Source of the DNA: Candidatus Iainarchaeum sp.
GTDB lineage: Archaea > Iainarchaeota > Iainarchaeia > Iainarchaeales > CSSED10-239
Length of the DNA stretch: 32,000 nucleotides
Reading direction: 5' to 3'
Assembly: GCA_028700905.1 (NCBI GenBank)
Contig: JAQVRT010000001.1
Location: forward strand, 21,243-53,242
The number at the start of each line of letters is the position of its first letter. Position 1 is the first letter of the stretch. Below are positions 24,386 to 32,000 of this stretch, one piece after another. The notes beneath the pieces were generated by a model, which made no database searches, was not told the origin of the DNA, and saw only the letters and a program-made list of their open reading frames with translations. The translations under genes and the position numbers were made by a program.

Positions 24386-24841
24386 ATGTTTCAAGCACCA
24401 TTAATTAGTTATTGGGTTGATATTATAATTATATCATTAATTTTTGCTTTGTCAAGTAAGTTAATACAACATTTTACAATTAAACCAAAAGATTATTTTT
24501 ATATTAAATTAAAAAGTAAACAAATAAATAAAGAAATGAAAGAACTTTCAAAAGTTCAAGATATGCAAGGTGTTAAAGAAAAACAAAAAGAAGCTTTTTC
24601 AATGGTTGGAAAACAATTTAAGCTTCAACAAAAATCAATGTTTGTAATGCTTTTAATTGCATTCCCTTTATTATGGGTTGTAAATAAATTTTATGAAGTG
24701 CCTTATGATTTTATTTTGTTTTCTGTTAAATCAGGGTTTTGGGCTTATGTTATTATTGGAATTGTTTTATCAATAATTATAAGCAACATTTATGATAAAC
24801 AAATGGTTAAAAAATATTACCCAAGTGGTAAATTAGATTAA
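24386..24841 (+). CDS. DUF106-family membrane protein (Oxa1-superfamily, EMC3/Get1-like insertase candidate)
   Basis: TM1 - Lys/Gln-rich coiled coil (KLKSKQINKEMKELSKVQDMQGVKEKQKE) - TM2 - TM3 topology. It occupies the conserved archaeal position downstream of secY. Confidence 0.65.
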   Translation: MFQAPLISYWVDIIIISLIFALSSKLIQHFTIKPKDYFYIKLKSKQINKEMKELSKVQDMQGVKEKQKEAFSMVGKQFKLQQKSMFVMLLIAFPLLWVVNKFYEVPYDFILFSVKSGFWAYVIIGIVLSIIISNIYDKQMVKKYYPSGKLD

Positions 24842-24868
24842 TATTTTAAAAAAAAAGGTGAATTAATT

Positions 24869-25210
24869 ATGCCAAACTTTAATGAAAAATTTAAAAAACA
24901 TAAAACAATAAAAACTCCAGGTGGTAATCATACAAGACATATTTTAAAAAAGAAGCCAGGTAAACATATTTGTGCAATCTCACAAAAACCTCTTCAAGGT
25001 ATGCCACATGGAAAAAGAGCTTTTGAAGTTGCAAGACTTACAAAGACACAAAGAAGACCAGAAAATTTACTTGCATCTATGATTTCTCCAGATGTAAGAA
25101 AAGACATCTATCTTCAAGCTGTTATGCTTAAATATAATGTAATAACAATGGATGATGTTGATTTAAGATATTTAAAATATATCGAAATGATTAAAAACAA
25201 AATTGAGTAG
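24869..25210 (+). CDS. rpl34e: 50S ribosomal protein eL34
   Basis: KTPGGNHTRHILKKKPGKHICAISQKPLQGMP. GGTGA RBS. Confidence 0.9.
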   Translation: MPNFNEKFKKHKTIKTPGGNHTRHILKKKPGKHICAISQKPLQGMPHGKRAFEVARLTKTQRRPENLLASMISPDVRKDIYLQAVMLKYNVITMDDVDLRYLKYIEMIKNKIE

Positions 25211-25237
25211 TAATATATATATAATGAGTGATTTTTT

Positions 25238-25393
25238 ATGGGTGTTTTGAAAGCAGGAACTGAATGTATAATAATTCAGGGAAGAGATTTTGGTAAAAAA
25301 ATTAAAATTGAAAAAATTGTAAAAAATGATGTTTTTTACAAAAATAAAGATAAAGAGGTAAAACTGAGTATATTTCACGTTTTTCCAATATAA
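25238..25393 (+). CDS. rpl14e: 50S ribosomal protein eL14 (short, 51 aa); not in supplied ORF track
   Basis: Hand translation: MGVLKAGTECIIIQGRDFGKKIKIEKIVKNDVFYKNKDKEVKLSIFHVFPI, stop TAA 25391-25393. KOW-like G.ECIIIQGRDFGKK and a terminal ..HVFPI resemble L14e (..H.EPT). GTGAT RBS 6 nt upstream. Conserved slot after rpl34e. Confidence 0.7.
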   Translation: MGVLKAGTECIIIQGRDFGKKIKIEKIVKNDVFYKNKDKEVKLSIFHVFPI

Positions 25394-25414
25394 ATTTATA
25401 AATGAGTGTTAAAT

Positions 25415-26047
25415 ATGGCTAAAGCAAAGAAAAAAGATAGTGGAAATTCTAAAGGTGGAAAAGGAAATTCCAAAAATAAAAAACCACAGAAACAACAAAA
25501 AGGAAAAGAAAATTTTGGTGTAAAAGTTGCAACTAAAACAGAAAGAGTTGTAAATCAACCAACAAGAAAAGCTCCTTCTCACTTTGATGCTTCTAAAGAA
25601 ACTAAAGACTTTAGACATGTTGTAAGAATAAGTGGAAGAGATGTTCCTGGATTTATGTCTTTAAAAGACGGACTTGTTTTTGTATATGGTATTGGAAAAA
25701 GAGTTTCTGGTGCTATTGAAAGTGTTTTCTTTAATAAAACTGATAGATATATTAAAAAAGTTGGATATTTAAATGAACAAGATATTGAAATGATTGAAAA
25801 CATTATTTCAAACTTAGATAAAGAAATTCCTACATGGCTTTTAAATAGATCAAGAACAATGGATGGTCAAACAAAACATTTGATTATGGCTGACTTAAGA
25901 CTTGAGAATAGAAAAGATTTCCAAAGACTTGGAAAAATTAAAAGTTATAGAGGATTAAGACTTCAATGGGGACTTACTGTTAGAGGACAAAAAACAAAAT
26001 CTTCTTTTAGAAAAAGTGGTGCTGTTGGTGTTACTAAAAAGAAATAG
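25415..26047 (+). CDS. rps13: 30S ribosomal protein uS13 with Lys-rich N-terminal extension
   Basis: FRHVVRISGRDVPG and YRGLRLQWGLTVRGQKTK. ATG 25415 is preceded by GAGTG. The track ORF opens at GTG 25406. Confidence 0.93.
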   Translation: MAKAKKKDSGNSKGGKGNSKNKKPQKQQKGKENFGVKVATKTERVVNQPTRKAPSHFDASKETKDFRHVVRISGRDVPGFMSLKDGLVFVYGIGKRVSGAIESVFFNKTDRYIKKVGYLNEQDIEMIENIISNLDKEIPTWLLNRSRTMDGQTKHLIMADLRLENRKDFQRLGKIKSYRGLRLQWGLTVRGQKTKSSFRKSGAVGVTKKK

Positions 26048-26069
26048 TATTATTAAGATGTGATTAATT

Positions 26070-26642
26070 ATGGGTGACCCAAAAAGATTAAATAGAAAAT
26101 ATGATGTTCCAAGAATGAAATGGAATAAATTAAAAATCAGAACAGATAAACAAATTACAGAAGAGTATGGTCTTAGACGTAAAAAAGAAATCTGGAAAGC
26201 TGAAACTGAAGTTAGAAACTTTAGAAAAAGAGCAAGACTTTTACTTGCTGGTAGAGTTGATGATTACAGTACAAGAAAAGATGAACTTTTAAATAAACTT
26301 GTAAAAATGGGTATCTTTACAAAAGAACATAAAGTTGAAGATGTTTTAAAACTTAATTTGACAGATTATTTGGACAGAAGACTTCAAACTTTAGTCTTTA
26401 AAAAAGGCCTTGCATTAAGCCCAAATCAAGCAAGACAATTAATAACTCATGGACATATTGCTGTAAATGGAAAGGTTAGAAAAATACCTGGATCAATTAT
26501 TTATGCAGAAGAATCTGTATCATATAGTAATTCTCAAATAAAAGATATGATTGAAAAAATGCTTGAGAAAAAAGGAAAACCTGCAACTTCAACTAAAGAA
26601 GAAAAGAAAGAAGAAGTAGCAGTTGAAGAGAATAAGGAGTGA
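26070..26642 (+). CDS. rps4: 30S ribosomal protein uS4
   Basis: MGDPKRLNRKYDVPRMKWNK and S4 domain RLQTLVFKKGLALSPNQARQLITHGHIAVNG. Confidence 0.95.
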   Translation: MGDPKRLNRKYDVPRMKWNKLKIRTDKQITEEYGLRRKKEIWKAETEVRNFRKRARLLLAGRVDDYSTRKDELLNKLVKMGIFTKEHKVEDVLKLNLTDYLDRRLQTLVFKKGLALSPNQARQLITHGHIAVNGKVRKIPGSIIYAEESVSYSNSQIKDMIEKMLEKKGKPATSTKEEKKEEVAVEENKE

Positions 26643-26648
26643 AGATAA

Positions 26649-27035
26649 ATGGTATCAACTGAAAAGATCGGAATTGTAAATATTTTTGCATCTAGAAATA
26701 ATACTATTATGGTATTAACAGATGAAACTGGAGCAGAAATTATTGCAAAATCATCAGGTGGACAATTAACAAAATCTCAACATAAAGAAGGCTCTCCTTA
26801 TATCGCTATGAAAATGTCTCAAATTATTGCAGAAAAAGCAAAAGAAAGAGGAATTAAAGAAGTTCATGTTAAGATTAGAGCTCCTGGAGGAAATTTATAT
26901 TATAATCCTGGACAAGGTGCTGAACCTTCTATTAAATCATTAACAAGACATGGTTTAAGAATATTAAGTATTTTAAACACTACTCCTGTTCCACACGATG
27001 GATGTAGAAAGAAAAAATCTCATAGAAGAGATTAG
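26649..27035 (+). CDS. rps11: 30S ribosomal protein uS11
   Basis: GIVNIFASRNNTIMVLTDETG and TPVPHDGCRKKK. Confidence 0.96.
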   Translation: MVSTEKIGIVNIFASRNNTIMVLTDETGAEIIAKSSGGQLTKSQHKEGSPYIAMKMSQIIAEKAKERGIKEVHVKIRAPGGNLYYNPGQGAEPSIKSLTRHGLRILSILNTTPVPHDGCRKKKSHRRD

Positions 27036-27075
27036 ATTTTTTTTAAATTTATAAAAAAGAAGAAGTGATAAATTT

Positions 27076-27813
27076 ATGGTGAAGGTAAAATTTTTAGAAA
27101 AAGAAAATAAAATATCTAAGTATTTAATTGAAAATACAGATCATATTACATTAAATACAATTAGAAGAACAATTAGTTATTATCTTCCAACCTATGCTGT
27201 AGATGAAATTGATTTTTATGAAAATAATTCTGTAATGATTGATGAAATGCTTGCAAATAGAATAGGACTTTCACCTGTAAAAACACCAGTTGTAACTACT
27301 GGAAAAAAGGTAACTTTTAATTTAGAAGTTGAAGGACCAAAAACAGTATATACAAGTGAATTAGTTTCAAATGATTCTGAAATTAAAATGGTGTATGATT
27401 CAATTGCCCTTACAAAACTTAACGAACATGAAACAATTAAGCTTACAGCTTATGCAACACTTGGTCAAGGAAAAGATCATGTAAAGTATATGCCAGCAAT
27501 TGTTTCTTATGCACAATTACATGAACTTGAAATTTCTAGAGGTTGTGAAGAATGTAAAGCAGTTTTTGAAAAAGCTTCTAAAAATGCTATAAAATCAGAA
27601 TCTTCAAAAAATATTATAATTAATCCTGATGATTATGATTATTGTGTTGGACAAGCTGAAAATTGTGAAAAAAAGTGTTTAAAAATTAATCCTATCAATA
27701 GTTATATATTATCTGTTGAAACAATTGGTCAAATGACAACAAAAGAAGTTTTTATTTTAACTGAGAGATATTTAAAAGAATATGTTTCAATTTTAAAAAA
27801 GAAACTTAAATAA
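27076..27813 (+). CDS. rpoD: DNA-directed RNA polymerase subunit D (Rpo3)
   Basis: LNTIRRTISYYLPTYAVDEIDFYENNSVMIDEMLANRIGLSP and a Cys-rich insert (CEEC...C...C..C). Conserved slot after rps11. Confidence 0.88.
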   Translation: MVKVKFLEKENKISKYLIENTDHITLNTIRRTISYYLPTYAVDEIDFYENNSVMIDEMLANRIGLSPVKTPVVTTGKKVTFNLEVEGPKTVYTSELVSNDSEIKMVYDSIALTKLNEHETIKLTAYATLGQGKDHVKYMPAIVSYAQLHELEISRGCEECKAVFEKASKNAIKSESSKNIIINPDDYDYCVGQAENCEKKCLKINPINSYILSVETIGQMTTKEVFILTERYLKEYVSILKKKLK

Positions 27814-27832
27814 AAAAAGTTGTTAAAAAAAA

Positions 27833-27914
27833 GCAGGGGTTCCCGAGTGGTCAAAGGGGCAGGACTTAAGATCCTGTGCTTAGTGCTTCGCAGGTTCGAA
27901 TCCTGTCCCCTGCA
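27833..27914 (+). tRNA. tRNA-Leu (anticodon UAA), no intron, CCA not encoded
   Basis: Acceptor GCAGGGG/CCCCTGC with discriminator A. Anticodon stem CAGGA/TCCTG with loop CTTAAGA. Long variable arm. T-arm GCAGG-TTCGAAT-CCTGT. It is the only strongly GC-rich island in the window. Confidence 0.9.
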
Positions 27915-27955
27915 TTTAATATTTATATAAAAAAATAAAATAAAGGTGTCACATT

Positions 27956-28318
27956 ATGGCAGTTAAAAAAGATTTAATGAACTTAGAAAAAAAACAAACT
28001 TTAGACAATCTATACAGTGTTTACAAATCAAGTAAGAAAGAGATTTATAAAAAAGTAGCATCAATGCTTGAATCTTCAAGAAGAAATATGATTTCTGTAA
28101 ATTTATCAAAACTTGAAAAATTAAATAATGTAATAGAAGGTTCAATTGTAATTGTTCCAGGAAAAATTTTAGGTGTTGGTAGTTTAGAAAAAAAAATAAC
28201 AGTTTATGCATATAGTTTTTCAAAAAGTGCAAAAGAAAAATTAGCTAAAAATGCAAAAACTTTTGATGATTTTACAAAAGATAAAATTGATTTTAAAAAA
28301 TGTGTTATAATTAAATAA
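27956..28318 (+). CDS. rpl18e: 50S ribosomal protein eL18
   Basis: SVNLSKLEKL...GSIVIVPGKILGVGSL..KITVYAYSFSKSAKEKL. AGGTG RBS. Confidence 0.88.
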   Translation: MAVKKDLMNLEKKQTLDNLYSVYKSSKKEIYKKVASMLESSRRNMISVNLSKLEKLNNVIEGSIVIVPGKILGVGSLEKKITVYAYSFSKSAKEKLAKNAKTFDDFTKDKIDFKKCVIIK

Positions 28319-28347
28319 TTTTTTTTAAATATTTGTGGTGAATGAAA

Positions 28348-28764
28348 ATGATTGTAATAAATGGTGAAAATAAAGTTTTTGGAAGACTTTCAAGTGAAAT
28401 TGCTGAAAAACTTTTAAAATACAATGAAAAAGTTGTAGTTGTTAATGCAAGAAAAGTAATTATTAGTGGAAACTATGAAAGTATCTTTGAAAGATTTTTT
28501 GAAAGAACAGAAAGGGGAGGAAAAGGTAATCCTAGAAATAACCCTAAATACCCTAGATATCCTGATAGATTAATTAAAAGAGGAGTTAGAGGTATGCTTC
28601 CAAGAAATCCTAGAGGTGCACTTGTTTTAAAAAATTTAACTGTACATATTGATGTTCCAGAAAATTTTAATAAAGAAATTCCTGCTTCTGTTAAATTAAA
28701 AAATATGAAATATTTAACTTTAGAAGAAATTTCAAAAAGATTAGGTGCAAAATATTCAAATTAA
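28348..28764 (+). CDS. rpl13: 50S ribosomal protein uL13
   Basis: VINGENKVFGRLSSEIAEKLL and IKRGVRGMLPRN. ATG 28348 lies 6 nt after GGTGA; the alternative is ATG 28342. Confidence 0.93.
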   Translation: MIVINGENKVFGRLSSEIAEKLLKYNEKVVVVNARKVIISGNYESIFERFFERTERGGKGNPRNNPKYPRYPDRLIKRGVRGMLPRNPRGALVLKNLTVHIDVPENFNKEIPASVKLKNMKYLTLEEISKRLGAKYSN

Positions 28765-28781
28765 GAGTAGTGTGATAGATT

Positions 28782-29189
28782 ATGGTAAAAAATTATATGG
28801 TTAAAGCAACTAGAAAAAATGCAGTTGCAAGAGCTTCAATTAAACCTGGGAAAGGAGAAATAAGAGTTAATAAAATGTCTCTTGATGCTATTTATCCTAC
28901 AGGTTATAGAAAAGCAATTGTTTTAGAACCTACAAAAATTGCTTCTGAAGAATTTTCTAAATTTAATTATAATGTTAATGTAATTGGTGGTGGAGCTTCT
29001 TCACAAGTACAAGCTGTAAGAAGTTGTATTGCTAAAGGAATTGTACTTGCTAATGGTAATAAAAAAGCATTAAAAGATAAATTCTTAGAATATGATAGAC
29101 ATCTTTTAATTGATGATGCTAGAAATAAAGAACCTAAGAAAGAACTTGGTGTTGGTGCTAGAAAGAAGAAACAAAAATCTAAGAGGTGA
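28782..29189 (+). CDS. rps9: 30S ribosomal protein uS9
   Basis: ATRKNAVARASIKPGKGEIRVN, GGGASSQVQAVRSCIAKG and the terminal KKQKSKR. Confidence 0.95.
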   Translation: MVKNYMVKATRKNAVARASIKPGKGEIRVNKMSLDAIYPTGYRKAIVLEPTKIASEEFSKFNYNVNVIGGGASSQVQAVRSCIAKGIVLANGNKKALKDKFLEYDRHLLIDDARNKEPKKELGVGARKKKQKSKR

Positions 29190-29196
29190 ATAATTA

Positions 29197-29391
29197 ATGA
29201 TTATTCCTGTTCGTTGTTTTTCTTGTGGGCAAGTAGTTGCTCACAACTATGAAGAATTTTTAAAAGAAATAAAAGATAAAAAATTAAAACCTACAGAAGT
29301 TTTAGATAACTTAGGTGTTAAAAAATATTGTTGTAGAAGAATGTATATTTCAAATGTTGAAGTAATTGATGAAATTATGAAATATAATTAA
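29197..29391 (+). CDS. rpoN: DNA-directed RNA polymerase subunit N (Rpo10)
   Basis: MIIPVRCFSCGQVV and KKYCCRRM zinc-binding motifs. Confidence 0.93.
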   Translation: MIIPVRCFSCGQVVAHNYEEFLKEIKDKKLKPTEVLDNLGVKKYCCRRMYISNVEVIDEIMKYN

Positions 29392-29418
29392 ATATTACAA
29401 AAAAAAGTGTGAAAAAAA

Positions 29419-30156
29419 ATGAATAAAAGTACAGAAAATAAAGCTATTGAAAATAATCCTTCTGAGAAAAAAACTCCAAATAATAGATTTCAAAAAACAT
29501 TAGTAAATATTGATCTTTATTTAAAAAATGGTATCCATATTGGAACTAAATATAAAAATGGAGCTATGAGAAGATTTATATTTAAATCAAGAAGTGATAA
29601 ATTAAATGTAATGGATGTTCAAATTATTGATCAAAGAATAAAAACTTCAATTGAATTTTTATCAAAATTTAATCCTGAAGATGTAGTTTTTGTTTCAAGA
29701 AAAAAATATGCTTTATTTGGTTTAACTTTACTTGAAAAAACTTTTGGTTATAAAATAAAGGTTGGAAGATTTATTCCTGGAACTTTTACAAATCCAGATT
29801 CAGAACACTTTATGGAACCAAAACTTGTTTTTGTAGTTGATCCTAATATAGATAGACAAGCTATTTTAGAAGCAACTAAAATTAGAGTACCTATAGTTGC
29901 TCTTGCAACAACTTCTAGTAATGTGAGAAACATTGATCTTTTAGTTCCTTTTAACAATAAAGGACGTAAATCTATTGCTCTTTATTTTTGGCTTTTAAAC
30001 AGAGAGCTTCAATTAAAGAATGGTTTTATCAAATCTGAAAAAGAATATAATTACAAGGTAGATGATTTTGTAATTTCAACAGATGATAAAAAAGATGATG
30101 AAACTAGAGATAGAAAACCAAGACCTAGATTTGTTAAAAAACCTTTTAGAAAATAA
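29419..30156 (+). CDS. rps2: 30S ribosomal protein uS2
   Basis: YLKNGIHIGTKYKNGAMRRFIFKSRSDKLNVMDV and PIVALATTSSN. Confidence 0.93.
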   Translation: MNKSTENKAIENNPSEKKTPNNRFQKTLVNIDLYLKNGIHIGTKYKNGAMRRFIFKSRSDKLNVMDVQIIDQRIKTSIEFLSKFNPEDVVFVSRKKYALFGLTLLEKTFGYKIKVGRFIPGTFTNPDSEHFMEPKLVFVVDPNIDRQAILEATKIRVPIVALATTSSNVRNIDLLVPFNNKGRKSIALYFWLLNRELQLKNGFIKSEKEYNYKVDDFVISTDDKKDDETRDRKPRPRFVKKPFRK

Positions 30157-30278
30157 GAGGTTTTTTTTTAAAAAAGCTTTTAAATGTTACTATACATCTT
30201 ATATATAGTAATTCCTTAATCTAAAAAGGTTAACATTTTTAACAATTATAAAAAACGTAAAAAAGAGTGTGAAAAATC

Positions 30279-31004
30279 ATGAAAGATAATTATTTAGTTT
30301 CACTTTTAAAAGAACTTAATTTAACTGAATATGAAGCAAAAGCTCTTGTTACGTTATTTAAATTTTCAGAATCTGATGCTCCAACTATTAGTAGAAATTC
30401 TGAAATTCCAAAAACTAGAATTTATGATGTTTTAGATAGACTTAAAGAAAAAGGTTTTGTTTTAGAAGTTTATAAAAGTCCTAAAACCTATAAAATAGTT
30501 AATCCTGAAGAAATCTTTAAAGGACTTTTAGATTTAAAACAAAATGAACTTTTAAATCTTTCAAAAAAAGTAGATGATGTTATTTTAAACTCTACATGGT
30601 CTTCTTATGCAAATAGTAATCCTGAAAAAGTATTACAAGTAAACAATATTAAAGACTATAATAAATTTTTATCACAAGAATTTGAAACTGCAGAAAAAGA
30701 AATACATGGTTTTACAAATCTTGATGAAAGAATTGATTCTTTAAAATCTGTTTTTACAAATAAAAATTTATCAATTAATATTTTAACAAATCCAGTTACA
30801 AAAATACATGAAATTCCAAAACATGTAACTATTCAAGAAACTAACCATTCAATGGATGCTTTTGTTTTAGATAAAAAGAAAGTTATTATGGCTTTAAATG
30901 ATTTATCTTCTCCTAAAAAAGCATATAATTTAACTGTTCTTGAAAATAATTCTTCTCTTGCAAACGCACTTTTAGCTCATTTTAAGGATTATTGGAAAAA
31001 ATAA
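30279..31004 (+). CDS. TrmB-family transcriptional regulator
   Basis: N-terminal winged-helix LNLTEYEAKALVTLFKFSESDAPTISRNSEIPKTRIYDVLDRLKEKGFV is typical of TrmB. GTGTGA RBS. Confidence 0.75.
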   Translation: MKDNYLVSLLKELNLTEYEAKALVTLFKFSESDAPTISRNSEIPKTRIYDVLDRLKEKGFVLEVYKSPKTYKIVNPEEIFKGLLDLKQNELLNLSKKVDDVILNSTWSSYANSNPEKVLQVNNIKDYNKFLSQEFETAEKEIHGFTNLDERIDSLKSVFTNKNLSINILTNPVTKIHEIPKHVTIQETNHSMDAFVLDKKKVIMALNDLSSPKKAYNLTVLENNSSLANALLAHFKDYWKK

Positions 31005-31096
31005 TTTTTTTTCTAATTATTAAATACTTTTTTAAAGTTAACTATCTTTATAAATATATATAAGGTTATATTAACTTTAAAGAGGTAATAAATGAT

Positions 31097-32000
31097 ATGT
31101 ATTTAAAAAAACTAACATTAGTTTTATTATTTTTATTTATATTTTCCATTTCAGTTTTTTCATTTAATGTAAATTTCTATTCCTCTTCTCCTTTTTTGTC
31201 AACTGATTCTTTTTATAAATTAGAAATCTCTCCTTCTCTTTCTTTTGAAAAAATTTCTTTAGTTTCAGAAGATAAATTATCTTTATTAAGAGAGAAAAAT
31301 ATTATTGTTAAAGAAGAAACTATTAAAGAAAAAGAGTCTTCTTTAGAGGATAATTCTTTAAAAGAAGAAATAAATAATTCTAATCATATTTATCAAACTT
31401 ATTTTCAAGATTCTGTAATGATTGGTGATGTTTATTTTCCAGAAGGTATAATTGATTCTTCTCAAGTAAGAGAGAGAAGAAATGTTAATTCTCAATCAAC
31501 AGTTGATAATATTTGGGGAACTACACCTTTAACAGGGGAATATAATATTCCTGTTTTCTTAGTTGATTTTTCAGACGTTCCACACACTCTTTCCAAAGAA
31601 GTTTTTGAAGATCAATTTAATTCTCCTCTTTATTTGGACGGTAACGGAACAAGTGTAAGTCAATATTACAAAAAACAATCCTATGGTGAACTTGATATTA
31701 CTTTTGATGTTTATGATTGGAGAGAAATGCCTGAAACCCATGAGTTTTATATTAACAATACTGGTAATATGTTATTCCATCATCATGCTTTAGCATTATT
31801 TGGAACTGGTCCAAATGGAATTGATTTAACTCAATATGATTCTGATAATGATGGTAGAATAGATGGTTTTGTCATTGTTCATGCTGGTTTTTCTTTACAG
31901 AACGCTGGTGCTGGTCATTTAAGAACCTCAACTGTTATTATGGCAAATTCAACAAGTTCTACAATTCAAGGTTTATACTATGGTAACATAGCTGTTACTT
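31097..32000 (+). CDS. Secreted M6-family (InhA-like) metalloprotease, N-terminal part; 3' end outside window
   Basis: I translated it by hand and it is open from ATG 31097 to the window edge. Signal peptide MYLKKLTLVLLFLFIFSISVFS. IPVFLVDFSDVPH, VSQYYKKQSYGELDITFDVYDW and DSDNDGRIDGFVIVHAG match the M6 metalloprotease domain N-terminal blocks. The HExxH site would lie beyond the window. Confidence 0.65.
   Translation, partial: MYLKKLTLVLLFLFIFSISVFSFNVNFYSSSPFLSTDSFYKLEISPSLSFEKISLVSEDKLSLLREKNIIVKEETIKEKESSLEDNSLKEEINNSNHIYQTYFQDSVMIGDVYFPEGIIDSSQVRERRNVNSQSTVDNIWGTTPLTGEYNIPVFLVDFSDVPHTLSKEVFEDQFNSPLYLDGNGTSVSQYYKKQSYGELDITFDVYDWREMPETHEFYINNTGNMLFHHHALALFGTGPNGIDLTQYDSDNDGRIDGFVIVHAGFSLQNAGAGHLRTSTVIMANSTSSTIQGLYYGNIAVT

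Noticed and set aside
27833-27914. tRNA-Leu embedded between rpoD and rpl18e as a possible integration hotspot or anomaly.
   Set aside because: As I recall, a tRNA-Leu at this position is a conserved feature of the archaeal alpha-operon-equivalent region (e.g. described in Haloarcula). No duplicated 3' tRNA fragment or mobile genes are nearby.

Overview
Strongly AT-rich archaeal sequence. It encodes archaea-specific proteins: eS4, eS8, eL14, eL18, eL19, eL32, eL34, Rpo3/Rpo10, SUI1/aIF1, Rpp29 and Cgi121. By inference it fits a small-genome DPANN-type archaeon. Layout: (i) 1-722 is the end of the ribosomal stalk operon (P0 C-terminus, P1/L12), closed by a hairpin plus T14 terminator. (ii) About 800-5530 is a nucleic-acid-processing accessory block. 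It holds an NYN-domain gene bracketed by a 19-nt GC-cored direct repeat. Hef is split into separate helicase and XPF/ERCC4-nuclease genes with a DUF5680-like gene between them. A VapBC-like RHH/PIN pair follows, with a perfect 16-bp palindrome upstream, then Cgi121 (KEOPS) on the minus strand. (iii) 5593-10970 has eS8 followed by a cell-envelope block. This contains a small exosortase/archaeosortase-like membrane protein, two translationally coupled coiled-coil proteins (minus strand), a secreted protein that is about 31% tyrosine, and a 1047-aa surface protein built from five Cys-bracketed modules. (iv) 11247-30156 is an almost gap-free single-strand ribosomal super-operon: L3...L15-SecY-DUF106 insertase-L34e-L14e-S13-S4-S11-RpoD-tRNA-Leu(UAA)-L18e-L13-S9-RpoN-S2. 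It lacks adk, cmk, rpoK and eno at their usual positions. (v) The window ends with a TrmB-family regulator and the 5' part of a secreted M6-type metalloprotease. No CRISPR array, rRNA, transposase or integrase was seen. The best candidates for new biology are the NYN / split-Hef / DUF5680 block and the archaeosortase-like / Tyr-rich / Cys-module envelope block. One ribosomal protein gene (eL14, 25238-25393) and the two edge-truncated genes are missing from the supplied ORF track.
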